A DNA stretch of 64,000 bases from the NCBI GenBank assembly GCA_965235115.1, contig OZ249436.1:69316001-69380000 (forward strand), written 5' to 3'. The notes beneath the pieces are model-generated. The model saw only the letters and a program-made list of their open reading frames with translations. It did no database searches and was not told where the DNA came from. This DNA comes from Laetmonice hystrix. Its lineage: Eukaryota. Position 1 is the first letter of the stretch, and the number at the start of each line of letters is the position of its first letter. A program made the translations under genes and the position numbers. Of the stretch, positions 12,510 through 25,401 are shown one piece after another.

Positions 12510-13629
12510 CATGCATGACAGCAGTCCCACTTTTATTTCAGAAGGAGTAGGCGCCAATGGAATTCTGGAAAAGCAATTAGGGGGCGGGGTGGGGGCTTCC
12601 CATGTCGTACAGTCACCCGGCTCTGGCATATTGTTGCGCGTTTCAGCCGGCGGGAGGAGGGTTTAAATAGGAGTAGGTAAGGAACCCTCACCGGGGAATA
12701 CAAGGTATAGAAGCTGACAGCGAGTATTTCCCGCTATTTCAGGCCAGCTTTGAGTGTAATAATGGCCAAGAGGTGACAGTCGGATTGGCCACGGCTTGTA
12801 TTCGTGTTTTCCCAGCGGTCAAGTGGGCACTCATTGCAATAAGACCAGTCACTGACCGCAGGGTATGGGGGCCTCCCCACCAATAACATTTACACTGTCA
12901 ATACATGTGTAAAATAGACTACCGCTTGGTGGGCGCACAGCTCATACAAACAGTTTGACATATTGACCGGGCCTCTCTGGAGCAGGGTGAAATACAGGAT
13001 TTTATTTATCAGCGGAGCGGAGAGTAGGGATGGATGGATTGGGGCATGGTTTGTACCCCATCCCGGGAGATTATCTTTAAATCCTGATCCTCAGGGCATG
13101 ATTGTGTGATTTACCAAACACACAGGTGCTTAGCGTTGCCATTAAAGGTGCGAGTCGAGTGTTCAAACCTTTGCAGCACGTCCTCTCGGCCGTTTTAAAC
13201 AGTCAGAGAGGAAATTACATATTTACATATCAGCAGGGCGCAGAGCATGCGCAGTGTTCAGTCTCATCCCAGGCGCTTCCGGTTAATACGAATCGACCAT
13301 CTGACGTTAGGCTGGGGTCACGTGATTATGTGACCTCGTAATGGCGATTGGAACATTAAGACACGTCGAACCCTGCAGGCTGAGAGCAGCCGGGGAGGGG
13401 GGATTCCTTTAATGGAGGGCCTTCGCCCCTGCAGGCCGTCAGCCGAGACACAGTCTACATGTTTAGGGGATGGCTCACGACTGACCCTGCCATTAACGTA
13501 TGGCCGTAAGTTCAGACGGCCAAACATGACCTGGCAAACAAGACGTTGGTACGAGGGAACAGACAGAGAAACATCAGTCAATGTAGGGATTTTTAAACGA
13601 TACCAGTTGAACATTATGGGACTGGAACT

Positions 13630-13667
13630 CCCCCCCCCCCACCACCACCACCACCACCACCACCACC
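13630..13667. repeat. Poly-C plus (ACC)9 microsatellite
   Basis: C11 followed directly by nine acc repeats. It gives a spurious poly-His in ORF 13412..13771. Confidence 0.85.
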
Positions 13668-16600
13668 AACCAATTCCTGAATTGGCCCCTCCCTATTTCC
13701 CATCTTCCCGTCTTGCCCCCCCCCCCGTTCAGAAATCGTGTATGAATCTGTTTCCTCCAGCACATCACTAGGCCCCCTGTTGTCGATGAGACGTAACATG
13801 TAAACTGTAGCTGTGGCTGTGGCATCCCCTTCCATTGACCTATCAATAACAGTCAGCCCTGACCTGTGTCATAAGTTGGCTAAGATATTTCTCACACGAC
13901 ACTCCTTTCAGGCAATTTGTCGTCAAGCAATTCCACATAATTTCCGCCGTGGAGTCCCCAGTGTGTCATAGCAGAGGCTGCGATTACTCAGCGACGGAGA
14001 ACGCAACAAACGTCGATTATGTTTTGTATACAAAATGTAATTGCGATGGCAATCTGGTCGGTGTGCCAGGTCCTCGTCCGTCAAGTCTTCCATCCCGACG
14101 CCTTCCTCTATAAGTGGCCCACAAACAGATGCTGTGGAAGCAGAGATTCACTCCCGCCAATAGCACCAGCATACGCCCTTGTGAATCGTCTAATACGTTT
14201 TCGGAAACCGATTGAAGCGTGGTGATTAGTCATGGCCGTGAAGATGAACAGACTGGCGTGTGGATTAGGTTATCCCACTGATGGATGGACGGAGGGAGGG
14301 GGAGGAGCGGGCGAGCTTGCACCGAGTCAGCACCCTCCACCCACCCACCCACCCCCAGCCTCAGCCCGCGCCCCGAGCCAGGATCTCCAGCCCGCGCCCC
14401 ACGCCCCACGCCAGCCGTCTGTGGGAGTCTAATCCGGCTGTCGGTCCCGTTAAACCCCGGGTCCCGTGTGGTGCTCGGACCGGCCGCGGGTGAGATGGAC
14501 GACGGCTGAATGGAGACCGATGGCGGTCGGCGGGTTGGGGTGGCGGGCCCGGCAGATCGGTACGACGTCCGCCCGAGTGGTACGGTATGCTGCGTGCCAT
14601 CGGCCCTGCTCTCTCTTCTCTCTTATTACTACACCCCTGCCCCCCCCCCCTACTCCCTGCCCCTACTCCCCCTCTCTCCGACACGGCCGTTATACCTCAG
14701 CCCATAAGACAAACCTCTCCAAGTCGTGTACACTGGTCACCAGTCGGGCCCTTTGACCTCAGGTCGACCGAGTAGTGCTGGTGAAGACGTCCTAAGAGCT
14801 TATCCCACTTGGGATTGCTCTAAGTGTGCAATATAGGATGAGGTCAAGCATTCAAGTAGGAAGGAATCTCTGTTAGTTTACTACAAGAACTTGCCATATA
14901 CTCTATAATATGTAATCGAGGGTATAGGCCTATATACCTGGTGTGACCCCCTTTGGGGGAATCTGGAAAAGGCCAGTTGGTGCTATTGTGAGGTTTAATA
15001 ATCAGTGTTTTGGTTCTTTGTGCCTCTGTTTAGCTTCCCCCGTTTGGATTTGCCTCTCGAAATAAGATAGCAAAAAACTCAGGCCTATTTGATGGTCACA
15101 TGGTCAACCATCCAAATAATGAATTAAAAGACAAAAGAAAGTATTGTGGTTATTAATTGAGAACACCTGTAGCTCTATAATTTGTGCTCAGTGTGACCTG
15201 GTCATTGTATACAGCTAACAGACCGTCATCAGAAAGACTTCCCGATTTCCTTAACATAATCACGTCTACAGTATTTGAATACAACATGTAATTCGACCTT
15301 GTTGTAGCCAGTTGTGTTGTATTATATTGTATTGATGCTTTTGTCAAATGACCACAAGTATTATCCTATACTTGCGGTCAGTATAAAACGGCCGCTTAAG
15401 GCGATTGCTATAATCACTAGATGGCCACTGACCTCAAGTTTCCGTCCTCAATGCACGCCCTGGGGAGTTAATAGCGCCCTCTATTGGAGCCCTTTAAGAT
15501 GAGTGTGTGTGAGGGGGAAGGGACCTGGTGTATCGGGTATCGTCGCCAACTGTCGGTACAGAGACCCTCCGACAGTCTGACTGAACCTCAGTGTGGGACT
15601 CTATTCATGTCACCAACTGTTCACCTTTTATAAACTCACTTTCCGTGACCGTCTGTTGGCTATCGGTGCCCGGGCCGACCAATACGTTACCCCGGTCGGC
15701 ACAGCCCGGGGAGGGTCAGCCAGGACGAGTAGGCCGTCTCCCACTCCGACATCAGGGTCACCACTCCAAAAAAAATACACTCCTGGCCGTGGGGGGAGGG
15801 GTGCTTTGTCGGGAGCTAATCCCCGCAGGTTGGTCCCCGGCCCAGGTGCTTTTTAAGGGACAGTAAACAAATGGGGTGGTGTCCCATGTAGTTCAATCGG
15901 GGTGTGTATGGCCGCGGGGTATGTGACCTCTGAGAGGGTCGGGGTGGGGGTACAGAGGGTGGAGAGAGAGGGAGAGAGTTCACATAGCTAGCGGTAAGTA
16001 TGCTGCAGCGGTCGGCAGCTAACAGCAGGCTTTGTAAGCCGGCGACACGACATGTGGCTGGGGGTCTCCCCCCGGGGGGCTAAAGGAGTTTTTCATAATG
16101 TTCAAATTAAAATGTTTGCCGACCTGTTTCATTAAAGCCGCTTTCCGTTTCAATCAGCAGCCAGATCGTGTGACTGTGCACACGTCACCGCACAGATGCG
16201 CACGTGGCCAGGGTTACTTTGCACGTGCGGTTAGAGTTAGAATATGGTCGAGGGGGTTGGAGGGTTGCTATACCGGCCACATATTACACGACATGGTGTA
16301 GGTGTGGTTTGAAGGTTGCCTGACGTTGCGTGATTTGTTAGTGTAGGATCTGCTATAGGACGGTCACTGGGTTACCACAGTGAGGGTGGCTCGTTAAATC
16401 AGGCGAGGTGACTCTATAAATATGGCCAGGTGAGCGCGTGCCGAGTGACACACACAAAGGCAGGTCGTGTGGCCAGAGGGTGAGAGACGCCCTTATATAT
16501 GTATATGTACCTGGTCATTTGGGATGCATGACTGAACATGCCGAGCCCCCAGCCGTACCGTGTAGTAACTGTCAGACTTCTGTGAGGGGTTGTCCTTCAT

Positions 16601-19521
16601 CTAGAACACCCCCAACTACTCGCTTCTCAACACCCTTCATCATAACCCCCGCCATGTTCAGTACATATAGGGGTGCGCAGCGGAAATCTTCACAGCCAAT
16701 ATTGGCCCGACACTCTGGCCCATAGACTTAAAGACCCCAATTCTTTCGCCCCGGCCAACAAGTGTGCATATGGTGGGATATTTGCGGTAAAACTTATCCT
16801 TGCCCCATGTGTCAGTGCTGCACAAAAGGGCATCTTCGCAACCCAACGCTAACTGCCCGCAACCTCTTCAGGAAGCAATTTAACGTGAGGCCTTGCCGTC
16901 TGGCGCCCTATTCGATGTCATCATTCATATGGAAATAGACTATCGATGAAAAGGTCCGCGTAGTCTGACCTCCGTGCTCGACACGTTCGCGCTTTGTTTG
17001 CGACCAAGAGAGTCGCAACCCCACTAGTTTGCTCGCAGCGACATTGTTTGTCCAGTTTTTCACCTACCTGGAGTTATAAAAAAGGACTAAAGCTTGGTTA
17101 ATCAGGTAGCTGCCCGTACAGGACAGCTCGGGCATTACGGAGGACTGTGGTTGGCAGGGGCTCGGCTGGGAGCCGATTGTCCCCTGGCCTGGGGTTCGAA
17201 CCCGACCACAATAAGTCGGCCTGGTTGATGACGCCAGGTGGAGGGGTGGAGAGGGGAGGGAGTGCCGTGAGAATTAGTTCACCTACCACAACCCGACCCT
17301 ACAGTTGCCTTTCAGCAGGTCAACCACTGACATGCCCCCTCTCCGTAAACCCTCCCGCTCAGTCCCCACCCACCTCTGTCTCCCCCTGGCCTGTCCCTGT
17401 CCGTGGGAATGATGTACATAATATTAAACCCAGTTATTGCCACCACCGATCGTCGCCAGATAGTGCCGTGTTGTTGAATGTAGGCCTATACATTGACTTG
17501 CCAACCTGTCCTCGTCCCTTCACCTAGCGTCGGGTCCACGCCGACTTTAGGATGTCGTTAATTATGATAGCACATCTGCTAACACTTCATAAACACCAGG
17601 GGAATCACTAAACATGCAACAAACATCATGTCAAAGGCTGACTGCCTTTAGCTGATGTGTGTCTGTCGTGTCGTCATGCGGACAGGGGCCAGGCCCGGGC
17701 CCGGGACCATATGGCTGGCAATGCCGAGGCTGGCAACGTGGAGATAGGCGTAAATTTTCCGAAAACCCGCCGCCAAAAACGTAGTCCCCCAAAATTAAAC
17801 TGTTATATCACAGGATGTGCAATTACATATTTAATGAAAAAAAAAAACTATAGCAATATATAATGTAGGTTGCTCATATAAGATTTTTCTGAAGTCAACC
17901 TAGTTTCCATATGCTACTATCACAGCTGATGACATACTGAGGCATCCAACGAAACGTTGAGACTTAATAAAATAATAGAGCACTATCTTTCTTTTCATAC
18001 CCTTTACTTAACAGAATAGATACTAAGTGTTACTCTAAACAAAAACTTTTGACATACCAGTCAAACGTGGAGTGCCCTACTGAGATTTGTGCGTAAATAT
18101 ACGAAACAAATTGCTCACCGCACGGAACAATGTACGCTCTTCTCCTGGAACTATTCCTCTTATTTTAGCCGTATGACTCCGACAAAAGCACCAAACAATG
18201 AGAACTAAGGGAGTTACAACATCTGTGATGACATAACACTCGCTACCGGTTTCTGCATGACCTGACGTATACAACCATGCCTGAACTAACCAATAACTGT
18301 CACCGGCCTAGCGCAAGAACCTGCCCTGGAAACATGTATGTAAGTTCGGCACCAGTGACTCTCCGCAACGCTGCCTTGAATGACTTCCTGTCAGTCGGTC
18401 CCAGAAACTGCCTCAAAAAGTCTGTAGTCAGCGGTGGCTGCAGTCAGGCCGAGGAGCACTACACGGCTCAGTGACAGCCAGATAGAGAGAGAGGGCCGAT
18501 TCCCGGGGTATCATACGTGTACTACATACAATCTATAGGGCGACATACCTTTTTTGTGTTGACACTGGCAGAGCAGGAAGCAGGGTGACCGGGAGACCTA
18601 ACAGTTAGCTCCGATCCTCCAGTAGGATGTGTGCTGGGGTGTGTAGGTACGTGAGTCCAACGCTCCAATGAATGGGTGCAGGCAGCCCGGCACGTGCAGC
18701 AAACGCCGGGCAAAGCGTAGGGTAGTATCCTTGAACGTTGTGACTGGCTAATAGCGACCAGTACAATGGGGTGAGTGTGCACGCAGCTTGATGTCGCGTG
18801 TTTCGCGTGCACTGCCAGTCTGTGCCCTGCGCGTGCTCCACCAGCCTCTCTTATGCTCTCCAACCACAGCCGATCAACCGAGCGCAGCGCCACCATGCGG
18901 GGCTCTGGTGGGTAACCAGCGGCGGTCGGCAGTGACATTGAGCCCTGAATTTATGTATGAAGCGCCTTTTCATGACGATTAACACGTTTATGCCCAGACA
19001 GTAATGAATAGTATTATTATAAATACAAATCATGATCCATTAAGAATATAATTAGTAAGTGTAACAAAACTGCTATAATATACATACCATTATTATTTAA
19101 ATTGATAGCAAGAATATAGGCTATAGGCCTTTCTACCTATCAGCTCACTCGGGCCACAAACTGTACTAATCATATACTTGACGGTAATTAACACGTTGAC
19201 AGATTTCTATTGCTTTCATAAAAGATGATAAGAACGAATCCGAAAAACCGAAAAGTAATTTTTAGTATTTTTAGTATTTTTTTACCAAAGTTTGGAAGAC
19301 TCACATGGCAGACTGTTTAATAGAATCCAACATGAAGGCTACGAGAGTTTTTTTATTGGGTGTAGGGCTGTGATTCGTACATCTGCCCGTATCAGACCAA
19401 ATCTTCACTAAAACGTATCTCAAAGGGCAAATTTATTGGACGTAATCATGTTGTTTTTCTCTAAACCATTTAAGCGAACCGTGTATGGGAATCACGGTTT
19501 ACATGTGCGACCTCTGCCTGG

Positions 19522-20094
19522 CAGTATGAGGTGGCGGTAGTCCCCATCGAGAGCCCCCAAGTCGGTGGGCACACATCAAGGGCCAGTATGAGGTGGCGGT
19601 AGTCCCCATCGAGAGCCCCCAAGTCGGTGGGCACACACCAAGGGCCAGTATGAGGTGGCGGTAGTCCCCATCGAGAGCCCCCAAGTCGGTGGGCACACAT
19701 CCAGGGCCAGTATGAGGTGGCGGTAGTCCCCATCGAGAGCCCCCAAGTCGGTGGGCACACATCGAGGGCCAGTATGAGGTGGCGGTAGTCCCCATCGAGA
19801 GCCCCCAAGTCGGTGGGCACACATCGACGGCCAGTATGAGGTGGCGGTAGTCCCCATCGAGAGCCCCCAAGTCGGTGGGCACACATCAAGGGCCAGTATG
19901 AGGTGGCGGTAGTCCCCATCGAGAGCCCCCAAGTCGGTGGGCACACATCAAGGGCCAGTATGAGGTGGCGGCAGTCCCCATCGAGAGCCCCCAAGTCGGT
20001 GGGCACACATCAAGGGCCAGTATGAGGTGGCGGTAGTCCCCCATCGAGAGCCCAGCCCCCCCCCCCCCCAAGTCGGTGGGCACACATCAAGGGC
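19522..20094. repeat. Minisatellite, 9 copies of a 62-bp unit
   Basis: Unit cagtatgaggtggcggtagtccccatcgagagcccccaagtcggtgggcacacatcaagggc, starting every 62 bp from 19522 to 20018. The last copy carries a poly-C expansion. Confidence 0.95.
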
Positions 20095-20589
20095 TTGGGG
20101 CCTGCCACACTTCACCGCACCAACTCTATTACCTCTCACCCTGCCGTCCCATTGGTCGAGCTGTAATAAATGTAATTGGTCAATATATTTGGATAGGAAA
20201 GCTTTGACGAGATTTGACAAAGTGGTGCCCAAACAGATGGCAGTGCCAAGTTAGGCTTAATCCGTTCGATTAAAGTGTGTGATTGAAATGACTCGGAGGT
20301 GCCGAGCGTACTTGGATGTCCTTAGCACCACGGAGGAGAGCACCAGCTGACAAACTCAGACTCACATAGTCAATGATCAACACAACTATGCCGTGTGTTT
20401 CTCAGATCGCGGGTCTTTAGAAAGGCGGTTTCAGTAACATTGTTGTCATGATCTATTATTGTGGCCGATTGTGTAATGAACCGTGACCCTCCGGGTCAAC
20501 CAGCAGCTTCCGCTTAATGTTCCACTTCCGGTGTTTTAAACGACGATCCGCAGTAATTACCTTTAGTGATCATGTGCTATCCTTGTCGT

Positions 20590-21010
20590 TAAACATTGAG
20601 AGGGAAAGAAGACATGATGGACATTGAGTGGGGAGGACATGATAAACATTGAGAGGGAAGGAGGACATGATAAACGCTGAGTGGGAGAAGAAGGACATGA
20701 TAAACATTGAGCGGGAAGGACATGATAAAAATTGAACGGGGAGGACATGATAGACATTGAGAGGGAAGGAGGACATGATGAACATTGAGTGGGGAGGGGG
20801 ACATGATAAACATTGAAAGGGGGGGGAGACATGATAAAGATAGAGCGGGGGGGAGGACATGATAAACGCTGAGTGGGGAGAAGGACATCATCAACATAGA
20901 GCGGGGAGGAGGACATGATAAACGCTGAGCGGGGAGAAGGACATCATCAACATAGAGCGGGGAGGAGGACATGATAAACGCTGAGCGGGGAGAAGACGGA
21001 CATGATAAAC
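20590..21010. repeat. Degenerate purine-rich minisatellite, about 15 copies of a 25-30-bp unit
   Basis: Recurrent ggacatgataaac(a/g)(t/c)tgag followed by a variable G/A-rich tail. Confidence 0.85.
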
Positions 21011-22842
21011 GACTTGTAATGACGGCCCACGTAGCCATCAGACCCCGGCGGTAATCAGTCAAGCTGTTCGATATGAAAAATAATCAGGAGTGTGATTTCA
21101 CTCCAGCGTGTTCACGCCCAGCCAGTGGTTGGCAATGTTCGTGGGGATTCAGCGTCTCATGGAATAGAAATAAATCCCACGTTTTCTCACGTTCAAACCA
21201 ACGTACGCCAAATCCAGTACCTAAAGTCGATTACAACTTCTCGCTGTAGTTCTTACAATGACATAAACCTTGTGATGTCATTGGAACAAAAAGTAGTACG
21301 TATGTATTCTTTTGAATCAATCATTGGTATTTGAAGACAAAGAAAACTAATAATCACGTTTGGAGATAAATAACATTGCTCGATAATTATTTTCATATAT
21401 TTCCACTTGAATATTCTGAAATGTTGTCGTCTAAAGCTGATGGATCTAGATCTAGATCTCAATCTAGCTGGAAACAATAGTTTGCTTTACCTGAAAGAAA
21501 GGAAATGGCTGAATACAATGGGCATAGCCAGATCAGTAGATTTGAGCTTATATTGGGAGATAGATGAGGAAATGGAGAGTTGAAGAAATATATGGAAGAC
21601 AAATATAGACAGACGGTAGTACGTCTACTATACTGAATTAGACACGTATGCTGATAGGAAGCTTAAGCAGAGAGATACAGCTAATAACATAGTCCTACCA
21701 AAATCTTAAAAAAGGTAGGTGACGTAACAGAGTACGTATCAAATTACATGCACAAATCATTTGCAATTCAAAAAATTAGAACGCATTCTGAGAACTTTCA
21801 AATTAGAAAATAAAGAAGTGCCCGATTTGGTGAAACCGGCTAGTGTGGCCGACAGAGTGCCTCTATAGTCCGTCTCCATGAGGCCAAGCCAAAGTACTCC
21901 AGTATTAGAATTTAATGCTCTCCAAACGTGATTTGCCCTCTTCCCGGTTCGCTCAGTGATGTGATCAAGAAGTCGACGGAAGCTCCCCGGAATGGCCAAT
22001 ATGCATCTTATTTTGTCGGAGTCGAGGTCTTGTTAGTCCACTTAGGGCCGCCTATTGACGCAATATGTCCGCTATTTCCCCATGCGGCCATCGTATTATC
22101 ATCCGGGTCACGTTGTGGAACCCGGATGGTGACCTAATGCCCTTGTGAGAATGGAACTCGCAATACAAGATACTAGCATATGATCGCAATCTATCTGCAG
22201 TCTAGTTTGTACGGGTTTACTTCTATACAATCACGGTAGAACATGAGAAGTAGGCCTACTTCGTACGAAATTACAGTATATCTCGGCGTGTTGTCATTCC
22301 TTCAGGCTTACATCACATTAAGCTACATTAGGCAGTTTAAGAGTTTAACAGAGAAAGATTTCTCGCCAGTAAAAGCGAGAAAGTAAAGCGATAAACCATG
22401 CATGTATGAAACATATCCGTCAAAAAGGTATAACATTTTAGTTGTTGATATTCTCTAATTAAATACCTTATAAAAAATAATTCAAAGTAAAATTGCACAC
22501 TTCTATAATATTATAGGGCCTAAATGTCAGTAAATTTGTCCTGCAGTAGACTTTAGCATGAAGTAGACCTATATGTGCCTAAAATAATCAAATGGTATCT
22601 TTCGTATATGAAACCACGCCTCTGTGGATTAGACATTTCTAATAGTAGGCCTATTATGATAAAAGAATGATATAGAATGAGCCCCTTTTTTCACTGTTAG
22701 TAGTCCGTAAATGATATTTATATATGACAACTATCCTGACTGGCATAACTGAACAACATTATTTTTAGGCTTACAGTTACAAGAGCTCAAGTAACAAGGG
22801 GAATCCTCCAAGTCAGGGATACTGCTTGTTTTCGTTCCTTAG

Positions 22843-22918
22843 CAACACTTCCGTGTTCACAAAAACATGCGCAAATAGCTCGACCCGAGCCTCATTATCG
22901 ATAACTAGGTCACGTGAG
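22843..22918. promoter_or_regulatory. Promoter-like motif cluster (ETS core, NRF1-like, TATCGATA, USF-type E-box)
   Basis: cacttccg, catgcgca, ttatcgataa and ggtcacgtga occur within about 75 bp. Motif inspection only. Confidence 0.35.
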
Positions 22919-24670
22919 CACCCGGCGATGTTAATGCAATTGGGACACGCAAAAAGGAAATTCAATTTCAAGTCTAATTTCTGCCGGGGTCTTAACTCAC
23001 TAGCTCAATATGGCATAAGGCAATTCACTAACCGCCATTACATATGCCATCCATCAAGTGTCGTATTTGCGTGACGAATAATCTCATTGCCAGGAGAAAA
23101 AGATACATTCAGGGTACATAACTCATTGTGCATGCCGTCAAGGATAACACTGACCCAATGTATAACGTTACTGGCCATGATTCTGTAATCATTACCCGGA
23201 CTTTACAATGAAAACAATCCTTTTACGCTGTAGGGTCATTATAAGATATTGGAATGACCTTATTTGATGTCTTAATAGCGTCGTTGTACGTTCCTGATAA
23301 GGTATAGGATAGCCAGCAGCAGGGGACGCCAGCTCAGCATCGGGTAATTTGGTTGCCTTCCGTTAGCTCTAACCTATGTCACTTAAGTGTGATAATGAGT
23401 CGATTTACTGTCGACTGACGAGGCTTCCTGAGGTTAAATGGTGAGGAACCTGATCAGCGTGAAGGCGGAGTCTAACTGCATCTATAGATGTCCATGTAGT
23501 TGTATCAATGCTTCCACAGACATTGTGAATGTTTCCAACCCAAAGCCTGACCAAACGTCACTAAAGCGATTTTAGAGAACGTGCAAAAGAACCGAATAGT
23601 TGCTGTCCAGTCCCCCGTCCGCACAGGAAACTGATTTTCTGCGAAAACACGTTGATAATGTTCTTGGGACCGATTACAATCGTGAAGGACAGTATCTTAA
23701 CATTTATGTAATTTAAGCTAACAGGAAACGACGCTCTTCCAAGGCCGTTCGAGGCACGTTGCCACTGGCCAAGCCGTAACGTGACCTCCTTAACCACGCC
23801 GCCTTGTGGATGTAATGCCTAAATTGTCACTAAGGTCCGAAAATGTCTTTCGGGACTCTTGTCGATAGGTGAATGTCAATGGAGTGTTGGTCTAAGGGGA
23901 TCGAGCAGTCAGGATGACGCCTTTCGCCCCACATTCCGGTCGTAAATAGGATTGTGGCCACCCGGCCGACTGAAGCAAGACAATTCTATTATACGGAGCA
24001 TATTGCCACTAACGCACCCTTAATGTGGTGGTCGCCGACTTAGTCTTCATCGCTAGACACTTTGACGGCGTCGAGCCGCAGTCTCTAAAAGGCCTCAAAT
24101 GCCTGCCCCTCCGAGAATCGCGTTTCTGAGCTTCCTCCATATTATCCTAAATGCATTCTGCTTTTCTTTCCTGCCAAGCTGCCTGGTACTCCTGACACAT
24201 TCGATGTGATATTAACATTGAACGGACACACACAATAGAGTTGCGCTTGGCCGCTGATGTCGCCATTGTCGCGTGGTGGCGCCTCGGCAGTCCACGCATG
24301 CGCAGTGTCGTGAGGTGACATATGGCACTGCGCAAGGCTAATAAACACTAAGTGGGCGATAATTAGGATCTCCTTGGGTTGTAATTAGTGTGCTATCAAC
24401 GAGCACTGTGTCGCGTGCGTCCATTTAATTCGAACACCTACTAATTGCAATAAATTTTGTTACGATAGAACTGAAAGTTCATGATTTTTTCGACCGGTTT
24501 TCCATGATTATATCTACGGTTTCCAGCGTTACAATCCCCTGTTCGAAATAATTTGAGAAAACTTGAGAAAATTTAAAAATATAAATTTGCCATAGTTCAC
24601 TACACCCTGTTTCGGAATTAAATCGCCCTGAAGAAATCCTTGTAGTTGTCGATACGGCGTAAACCCACAA

Positions 24671-25401
24671 ATTACCTCTCCAGAAATACTAGAAACCACC
24701 AACATTACCTCTCCAGAGTTAGACGTTCCACAAACCACCAACATTACCTCTCCAGAGTTAGAAGTTCTACAAACCACCAACAGTACCTCTCCAGAGTTAG
24801 AAGTTCCACAAACCACCAACATTACCTCTCCAGAGTTAGACGTTCTACAAACCACCAACATTAACTCTCCAGCAGAGTTAGAAGTTCCACAAACCACCAA
24901 CATTACCTGTCCAGAGTTAGACGTTCCACAAACCACCAACATTACCTCTCCAGAGTTAGAAGTTCCACAAACCACCAACATTACCTCTCCAGAGTTAGAA
25001 GTTCTACAAACCACCAACATTACCTCTCCAGAGTTAGAAGTTCCACAAACCACCAACATTACCTGTCCAGAGTTAGACGTTCCACAAACCACCAACATTA
25101 CCTCTCCAGCAGAGTTAGAAGTTCCACAAACCACCAACATTACCTCTCCAGCAGAGTTAGAAGTTCCACAAACCACCAACATTAACTCTCCAGCAGAGTT
25201 AGAAGTTCTACAAACCACCAACATTACCTGTCCAGAGTTAGAAGTTCTACAAACCACCAACATTACCTCTCCAGAGTTAGAAGTTCCACAAACCACCAAC
25301 ATTACCTCTCCAGAGTTAGAAGTTCCACAAACCACCAACAGTACCTCTCCAGAGTTAGAAGTTCCACAAACCACCAACATTACCTCTCCAGAGTTAGAAG
25401 T
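24671..25401. repeat. Minisatellite, about 18 copies of a 39/42-bp unit
   Basis: Unit attacctctcca(gca)gagttagaagttccacaaaccaccaac. The minus ORF shows 18 TSNS(A)GEVMLVVCG units. Confidence 0.95.

Noticed and set aside
12384-12629. Pro-rich minus ORF as Prdm8 exon 1
   Set aside because: The Pro runs come from G homopolymers, and I found no phase-1 donor compatible with the acceptor at 8563.
17193-17203. B box (GGTTCGAACCC) suggesting a tRNA gene
   Set aside because: No A box or cloverleaf around it; at most a SINE remnant.
19470-21062. ORFs over the 62-bp and ~28-bp arrays
   Set aside because: The periods are not multiples of 3, so the peptides rotate through frames and are repeat artefacts.
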